Positions 58,114 through 64,000 of a stretch of 64,000 nucleotides of DNA are shown one piece after another. Both the position numbers and the translations under genes were made by a program. Under the pieces are notes generated by a model. That model did not search any database. It was not told the origin of the DNA and saw only the letters and a list, made by a program, of their open reading frames with translations. Origin of the DNA: Bacteroidota bacterium. GTDB taxonomy: Bacteria > Bacteroidota > Ignavibacteria > UBA10030 > UBA8401. The stretch spans positions 4,769 through 68,768 of the forward strand of contig JAGVPT010000185.1 of assembly GCA_020052095.1 (NCBI GenBank), written 5' to 3'. The first letter of the stretch is position 1. Each line of letters starts with the position of its first letter.

Positions 58114-61100
58114 CTAGAAAAAGGCACGCACTTCCGCCCTGGCGGTATGAATCGGTGCGCGAAATTGTTCGGACCGCCCCATGTATTGCAGCGATGATTG
58201 AAGATTGCCGCTGAGGCGATAGTCAAACGTAACGCCCCAGAGGAAAGTTTTCCCGTCTCCTCTTCCGCCAGTGAGCTCAAACGGGATCAACAAACCCGCC
58301 GGCGCGTTTTCCAGTAGAATTTCCTCGCGAGAAAAATCTATGCGCACCTGACCTGCATTCCGGAACGAGACGGCCGTCCGGAGCGATTGGCTGTTGAAGT
58401 TCGCTGCTACCAGAGCGGACGGGTAGGCATCTTCAGACCTTGACACTTCGATTTTGAATCCGACTTCCACGTTTTGCTCGGGGCGGTACGAATAATCGGA
58501 ACTTAGACCATCGGACGCGATCATCCTTGAACGGGCGCTGTTCACCGATGCCCTAACGTTGTCTTGCTTGTTGATGTACTCAAGTTGGTTAGAAATCTCG
58601 GTGACCAATTGCAATCGGACTCGAATCGATCGCTCGCGAGAGTAGCTTTGCTCCAGCCCGGAGCTGTATTGTCCCAATCCTCTTCGTTGTTGATAACGGA
58701 AGCGAAATGAAAAATCGGACCTATTCTCAAAGAGAAAAATATCTTGCTGGAGAAGCTGGCTGCCGAGAATAGTTGTCGCCGGCTGAAGAAATCTGCTGAA
58801 ATCCAAAAGGTAGATTTTCCTTGTGTCAGTCTCTGAACTTTTCTCTTCGATACGGACATAACTTTCAGTTGAAACGACGGCGAGCGCTTTCTCCGACCAC
58901 GAGGATGGAGAATTAATAAATCGGGTTGGCGTGAATCGGAGCCGGATTGACGTCTTCAAGTCGATAACGGGATACAGCTCGTCACTGGGTATTGTGATGA
59001 CAATATAGTCGCCGTCAAACCTGCTGAGACGGAAATCTCTTTCATCAGCAACGTCGACCCTGCCGTTGCGAATGCCGTCTGTCCAGACGTATTGTCCGTC
59101 TCCCTTCCGGACTTGGTAGAATATTCTTTCGAGCTTGGCAGAGCGTTGGGTTGAAACCTCATAGAAGACGTCGGCGTCGATACTTCGCCGGAGGGGCGCG
59201 TAGCGCGATTGAGATCGAAGCAAAATCGTCTGAACGTCGCCGTTTGTGAGTCGAAACGTACCATTGTACATTTTTTCCCGAAGAATAACGTTTGCCCCGG
59301 ATGAAAAATTCGCGATCTCAGGGAGCGACCAATTATACGCTTGCGTCAAGGAGCGAGATTGCGGATGAAGTCTCCCCTCGATGGGCGCTCTGTCGTCTCG
59401 CATCTCAAATTCGGCGGAGACATTCATACTATAAATCCCCGTTGCAGAGACTTTCGGTGCGACGGTCGTAAAGCCGAAACTCGCAGGGTTCAACGAATCG
59501 GTTGCTCCAGTTTCAAGCGTTCTTTTTTCAGTTTCAAAACGAAAGCTCGGCGTGATTGTGCTTAGGGTGTAGGAAATCGTACCTCTTTGCCGTAGCCAGA
59601 CATTCTTCCCGACAGATGCCTTTTGCGAGCTGGTGATCTGCTCAATAGTGTAGTCGCCATTGGGGAGTGAATCGGCATTCATTTGAATGAATGCGTCTAT
59701 TCTGTCTGCAGAGAATTGATTTCCCCGTCTATTACTCCCAAGCGAGCCCCCGATGGAAACAGTCTGCAGTGGATTGTACGCCATGCGAGCTTCACGAATC
59801 TCTTCCGATGCGGGCTGCACGGTCACCGTGCTGTCCAAACTCCACTTCCTCCCGAACTCCACGTCGTCGGAGCGGTCAATGGAAATAAAATTCTTGTTCA
59901 CATATCTGTCGGACAGCGAAAAATCGAATGAACCGATGTCGTTCCCGCCTATTTTCACGTTTGCAGGAGTATAATGGGCCAATAATTTCATTGCCCCGCC
60001 AGTTTTATCGTCGCCGACTGAAAACCTATTTGCATTGTAACTGCTCCCGGCATATTCGCCTGCTATCGAAAAATTCTTCATAACTTGGATAGTTGTCTTC
60101 ACATCCGCTAGCTGCTGAAGTTGCGGGGAGGGCAAGATCACAATCGGTAAATATTGTCCATTGTGAGATCCCACGTAACGGTAGCGCCCCAAAGACTCTC
60201 GAATATAGTCACCCTGCCCTCCTCCGACAAAAGAGAACGCGACGTTAAACTGCGCTTCGGGTGTTCCAGGTGAGAATCTGTACAACCTGACATTCGCTCC
60301 TTGCAGTGCGGTATCTACAGCAATATACTGCCCTTTTCCGAGGTTCGAAGAATCGACACCAACCGAGTCTACCCCAGATTTTGTCGCCGTAGTGCTCCCA
60401 CTTTGTTGTAAAATTTTCTTGTCACTGTCGCTCAAAGATAGATCAATTGGAGCGTTGGGATCGTCTCCCTCCCTCGCGTAGACGATGGAAAGTTTCACGT
60501 CGTCGTGAATCGTCTGAGACATAGTTTGCGCAGCGAAGAAGTTTCTCGTGTAGGCGCGGTCTGTGTATTGAAAGTCCACCACAATGCGTGAAGCACTCGT
60601 AATTAACCTCTTGGAGGAAAAGACTATTTCAGAGCTGGCATAATCAATCGCGTAATCGTTAGTTTCGCCCCTTAACATTAAGTTGCCATCGACGTAAACT
60701 TTCTCTGTTCCGGCGATGACTATGATATTGCGCTCATTGTTCTTTCCGAACAAGCGATAGGGCCCTTGCACTCCTTCAATCCCTGCAAATTGATTTATAT
60801 TGAACTTTCCCCTCGAGGTCGCACCGATCACCGTCCCTGAGTTGGAAATGGCCCCTGTCGAATAATATGCGGTCCCCTTTGCTCCTTGTAGCTTTCGACT
60901 CAAGCGCCCAAAGTCACTCCCCACAAGATCGATGTAGAAATCTCCTAGGGTCGCTTCGTAATTAGTGCTTTTTACTTCCACAAACACTTTGTCCAGTTCT
61001 TGTAGGGTCTGTGTGTTTCCCTCCGGCTGTATGGGCGTATTCTCATCTGTGAGAGCGGCAAGAATCTCAACGTCGGAAGAGAGTTTTCCTGCAAATTGAA

Positions 61101-61638
61101 GTCGAAAACCAGAATTGAGAGTCAAATCTCTGTTGGAGCCGACACTGAATCCTCTAAAAATGCTGCCACTTTTTTGAAGTTCATTTCCGAAGATATCACT
61201 GAGCGGAGACACATTCGTTGTCACGATTGTGGCGCGATGATTAATGCTGTCTCGACGGACAGTATAGTTTTTATGCCAATAAGGAGATTGAAATGAAAAC
61301 GGTAAGAAATTGTATTGTAGGTAGATATTGACTTCTCTGTCTTTAAAATCTATGTCTCTTTTCAGATTTATGGTAACCCTCCCAGTGGAATTTTCGATGA
61401 CATAGTCCACCCCTCGATTGAGCTTTAAGGAGTCGAGATGCAGAGATTCCGAATTTGGAATTATGAGATCGTGGGAGAGCTGGATCGAAGTATCGGGTCT
61501 AGAGATGCGGAAATGGTCGAATGTTTGGGTGATTTGCTGGAGAGGTTGAGCGTAAGCTGCTCCCAAGCGGAAGGCAAAGATGAGAGCTAGTAAGAATAGG
61601 GTAGTACGTATGTCGGAAGTCGGTCTCAAGGAAGACAA
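58114..61638 (-). CDS. Large outer-membrane beta-barrel protein with SprA-like motifs
   Basis: Signal peptide, 1174 aa of amphipathic beta strands, C-terminal Phe (EVRAFF), and two E-x-V/L-x-x-D...RG..DY-x-I motifs. Confidence 0.7.
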   Translation of the reverse strand: MSSLRPTSDIRTTLFLLALIFAFRLGAAYAQPLQQITQTFDHFRISRPDTSIQLSHDLIIPNSESLHLDSLKLNRGVDYVIENSTGRVTINLKRDIDFKDREVNIYLQYNFLPFSFQSPYWHKNYTVRRDSINHRATIVTTNVSPLSDIFGNELQKSGSIFRGFSVGSNRDLTLNSGFRLQFAGKLSSDVEILAALTDENTPIQPEGNTQTLQELDKVFVEVKSTNYEATLGDFYIDLVGSDFGRLSRKLQGAKGTAYYSTGAISNSGTVIGATSRGKFNINQFAGIEGVQGPYRLFGKNNERNIIVIAGTEKVYVDGNLMLRGETNDYAIDYASSEIVFSSKRLITSASRIVVDFQYTDRAYTRNFFAAQTMSQTIHDDVKLSIVYAREGDDPNAPIDLSLSDSDKKILQQSGSTTATKSGVDSVGVDSSNLGKGQYIAVDTALQGANVRLYRFSPGTPEAQFNVAFSFVGGGQGDYIRESLGRYRYVGSHNGQYLPIVILPSPQLQQLADVKTTIQVMKNFSIAGEYAGSSYNANRFSVGDDKTGGAMKLLAHYTPANVKIGGNDIGSFDFSLSDRYVNKNFISIDRSDDVEFGRKWSLDSTVTVQPASEEIREARMAYNPLQTVSIGGSLGSNRRGNQFSADRIDAFIQMNADSLPNGDYTIEQITSSQKASVGKNVWLRQRGTISYTLSTITPSFRFETEKRTLETGATDSLNPASFGFTTVAPKVSATGIYSMNVSAEFEMRDDRAPIEGRLHPQSRSLTQAYNWSLPEIANFSSGANVILREKMYNGTFRLTNGDVQTILLRSQSRYAPLRRSIDADVFYEVSTQRSAKLERIFYQVRKGDGQYVWTDGIRNGRVDVADERDFRLSRFDGDYIVITIPSDELYPVIDLKTSIRLRFTPTRFINSPSSWSEKALAVVSTESYVRIEEKSSETDTRKIYLLDFSRFLQPATTILGSQLLQQDIFLFENRSDFSFRFRYQQRRGLGQYSSGLEQSYSRERSIRVRLQLVTEISNQLEYINKQDNVRASVNSARSRMIASDGLSSDYSYRPEQNVEVGFKIEVSRSEDAYPSALVAANFNSQSLRTAVSFRNAGQVRIDFSREEILLENAPAGLLIPFELTGGRGDGKTFLWGVTFDYRLSGNLQSSLQYMGRSEQFRAPIHTARAEVRAFF

Positions 61639-61751
61639 TACTAAATAGTCAAACCTACATCGTAAAAACGGGACGCCCGACCTCCAAAAAAATGCAGAAA
61701 GAGTTGTTTTGAAAAAAAGTCATCTGGCAGCATGCTTGATGACTTTTACAG

Positions 61752-61837
61752 TACCAAAGGTCGGACTCGAACCGACACCTGGGGTAAGCCAGACTGGATT
61801 TTGAGTCCAGCGCGTCTACCAATTCCGCCACTTTGGC
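61752..61837 (-). tRNA. tRNA-Leu (anticodon CAA)
   Basis: Minus strand GCCAAAGTGGCGGAATTGGTAGACGCG-CTGGA-CTCAAAA-TCCAG, long variable arm, GTTCGAG, CTTTGGTA. Confidence 0.95.
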
Positions 61838-61850
61838 TTATTCGTATCAT

Positions 61851-61879
61851 AATATAAGCAACTTAGTCTGGCAAGGCAA
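61851..61879 (-). promoter_or_regulatory. sigma70-type promoter of tRNA-Leu
   Basis: Minus strand TTGCCT, N17, TATATT. Confidence 0.55.
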
Positions 61880-61949
61880 GAGTTTTTCGGGTGATAGTAA
61901 GCTTTTCGACGTAGCTTCCATTCTCGGCGTAGGAACGATGTCACGAACA

Positions 61950-61982
61950 AGCTATCCGATTGCTGAGAGCAATCGGATAGCT
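61950..61982. repeat. 33-bp palindromic REP-like element, copy 4
   Basis: AGCTATCCGATTGCT-GAG-AGCAATCGGATAGCT. Confidence 0.85.
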
Positions 61983-62080
61983 CCTAACCGTACCGGCACC
62001 TTCTTTCGTGTTCATGGTGATTGGTCTAAGCTGCAAGGTCAAACAGCATTACCATGAAACAATGAAATTTTTTCTAGTAA

Positions 62081-62812
62081 TCACCTTTGAATTTTGTACT
62101 CAAATGTGACCGATGCCCAAACGCCGATTGGTGTTCCTTTGACTGTCGCCGGCGAGAATTCCCAATTCATCACCGAAGCTACTGAGCTTTCCACGAAGAT
62201 AGGATCAGAGCTTTGAACAACTTGATGTTTTTTGGGTAATCCATCCTTATCAATCCACAATCTCAAAATCACCGCACCTTCCAGACGTCTTGACGCTGCT
62301 CCGGGAGGATATTCAGTGTTTGCCCGAACCAACGGAACCGGCTTTTGATCAACAAGCGCGCTCTGGGCCGCGGCGGTGTCCTTCCTATCAACTGCTCCGA
62401 CGTAAATTGAATCGCGCTCTACTGCAAGGGCAGCAACTGAGTCTCTCTTGGTGGAGACGCCGAAGTTCTTTGGTAATTTTATTGTCGGGACATTCCCTGC
62501 GGTGCGACGCTGTTCGGCCCTCGGTTTTCGCTGCCAAATTGTTATCTTCGTGGGGCCAAAGTCTTTTGTGACTTCAAGGAGCGAATCTACATCAATAGTT
62601 ATGATCTGAGCAATTTTATGCTTAGTTACTTCTAAATAAAGAGTTGTGCCTTCGAATTTAAGAATCTTTCCCCTAAATGGTTTTCCCCTGATGGGCACAA
62701 TCTCATCGGGATAATTTGGCCTCTCCTCTCTCAGTTGGGCTGTCGCTCCAACAGAGAGAAGAAGAAAGACGATACCGTGAGCCATGACGAGATTCCAAGA
62801 TCCGATGTTCAT
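62081..62812 (-). CDS. TonB C-terminal domain protein
   Basis: YPPGAASRRLEGAVILRLWIDKDG...WEFSPA...G; N-terminal signal or anchor; ATG 62812 overlaps the upstream stop. Confidence 0.85.
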   Translation of the reverse strand: MNIGSWNLVMAHGIVFLLLSVGATAQLREERPNYPDEIVPIRGKPFRGKILKFEGTTLYLEVTKHKIAQIITIDVDSLLEVTKDFGPTKITIWQRKPRAEQRRTAGNVPTIKLPKNFGVSTKRDSVAALAVERDSIYVGAVDRKDTAAAQSALVDQKPVPLVRANTEYPPGAASRRLEGAVILRLWIDKDGLPKKHQVVQSSDPIFVESSVASVMNWEFSPATVKGTPIGVWASVTFEYKIQR

Positions 62813-63885
62813 TTTTTTGAGGGCCTTTCGTATAAGAATGCGCAATCCAGCAAACGACTTCCTCCGCCATCGTTCACTACGTACTTCCCATTGCTCCATA
62901 TGGAGGCGCTCCCATGTTCTCCTTTGCGGCTGATCGCGTAAAATTTCACATCAAAATTCGGACGTCCGGAACCATCGAGCAGCCTTTTTTCCTTCGTGTG
63001 CTCCACTATTCTCCTACACGCCAAGAGGCACGCCTCTTCGGGAGACTTACCCTGTCTCATGTATTCGACTATCATGACGCTGCTGCAGTTCGCAAGGTTT
63101 GCTTCGCCGCGTCCGGTGGAACCGGCGGCACCTACAGCATTGTCCACATAGAGGCCGGCACCGATAATGGGTGAGTCCCCCACACGTCCGGGTATCTTGT
63201 AAGCCAAGCCGCTCGTGGTAGTAACGCCTGAAATATTTCCCTGTAAGTCCAATCCCAGACAATTAATAGTTCCATATGTCTGAAGAGCTTTCTTGATCCT
63301 TTCTCCGATATTCAGGTCATCGATTGAATGTGGCGGAAGATAATCATCTTCTTTGCTCAGACTCTCTTTCCATTTCACCCACTCCTCCCTTGATTCATCG
63401 GTAAGGAGATTCTCTTCAACAAACCCATGCATCTTTGCGAACCGCAGGGCGCCTTCCCCCACCAAAAGAACATGGTCGGTTCGCTCCATTACGGCCCTTG
63501 CGACTTTAGATGGGTTTTTGATATTCCGCAAAGCTGCTACTGCTCCCGCTCTGTGCGACGGACCGTGCATCACGGAAGCGTCGAGTTCAACATCGCCATC
63601 AGCGTTTGGCAATCCGCCAAGCCCAACGCTCATATCGTTAGGATCGTCTTCGACAATATTGACGCCGGCTATGACGGCATCCAAAGCATCTTTCCCGTCC
63701 CGCATCAATTGCATCGCTTTCTCGGTTGCCCGAATTCCGTTTGCACTTGAGATAGCCAAGGCTTTAGAGGTCTTTTCAGTTTGAGAACTCGCATATGACA
63801 TCCCCTCTCGCGGAAAGAGCACAGAGCCGACTCCGGCCAGGGTTGCGGCTTTCAGGAAATGGCGGCGTGACAGTGTAAGGTTCAT
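62809..63885 (-). CDS. Tat-exported N(4)-(beta-N-acetylglucosaminyl)-L-asparaginase (Ntn hydrolase)
   Basis: SRRHFLK Tat signal; SVGLGGLPN, LDASVM, GTI nucleophile, TTTSGL and GRVGDSPIIGAG. Confidence 0.9.
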   Translation of the reverse strand: MNLTLSRRHFLKAATLAGVGSVLFPREGMSYASSQTEKTSKALAISSANGIRATEKAMQLMRDGKDALDAVIAGVNIVEDDPNDMSVGLGGLPNADGDVELDASVMHGPSHRAGAVAALRNIKNPSKVARAVMERTDHVLLVGEGALRFAKMHGFVEENLLTDESREEWVKWKESLSKEDDYLPPHSIDDLNIGERIKKALQTYGTINCLGLDLQGNISGVTTTSGLAYKIPGRVGDSPIIGAGLYVDNAVGAAGSTGRGEANLANCSSVMIVEYMRQGKSPEEACLLACRRIVEHTKEKRLLDGSGRPNFDVKFYAISRKGEHGSASIWSNGKYVVNDGGGSRLLDCAFLYERPSKK

Positions 63886-64000
63886 AATATTTTTCTCCGC
63901 TGTTGATGGATAACCTTCAAGCGTCGGCTGAGGGGAGTCCGACTGCTACTTATTTAATGAGAACCATCCTTTTGATGTCGATGAAACTTCCCGCTGTCAG

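Overview
Bacterial chromosomal window, most likely from an Ignavibacteria-like member of the Bacteroidota/Chlorobiota group. This is an inference from the gene set (bshC, the style of nusA/infB, tmRNA tag ADYNYALAA) and canonical TTGACA-type promoters. Contents in order: (1) a peptidase/SDR/TolB-like cluster. (2) An 18-gene, ~16 kb aerobic respiratory cluster: ferredoxin, Rieske, split cytochrome b, octaheme cytochrome c, cupredoxin-like protein, aa3-type oxidase I/III/IV/II, ctaA, ctaB, ABC exporter, SCO, DUF420. Several of its motifs are atypical, notably the K-channel Lys missing from subunit I. (3) Nucleoside salvage genes, secG and tRNA-Lys. (4) The standout feature, a self-contained five-gene operon (25184-30495) with its own promoter and terminator. 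It encodes an outer-membrane beta-barrel protein, a secreted TPR protein, a MotA/PomA-type and MotB-type stator pair, and one polypeptide fusing a FliF-like ring domain to a FliG-like torque domain. No other flagellar genes are present, so this is a candidate flagellum-independent rotary motor. (5) Housekeeping genes: ssrA, dapF, purL, accC-like, mutS2, bshC, aroA, pnp, rpsO, ribF, truB, rbfA, infB, nusA, rimP, tRNA-Leu, plus a giant SprA-like barrel, a TonB-domain protein and a Tat-exported glycosylasparaginase. Intergenic regions carry two families of REP-like palindromes, one of them nested. All family assignments come from motifs recognised by eye; no database searches were run.
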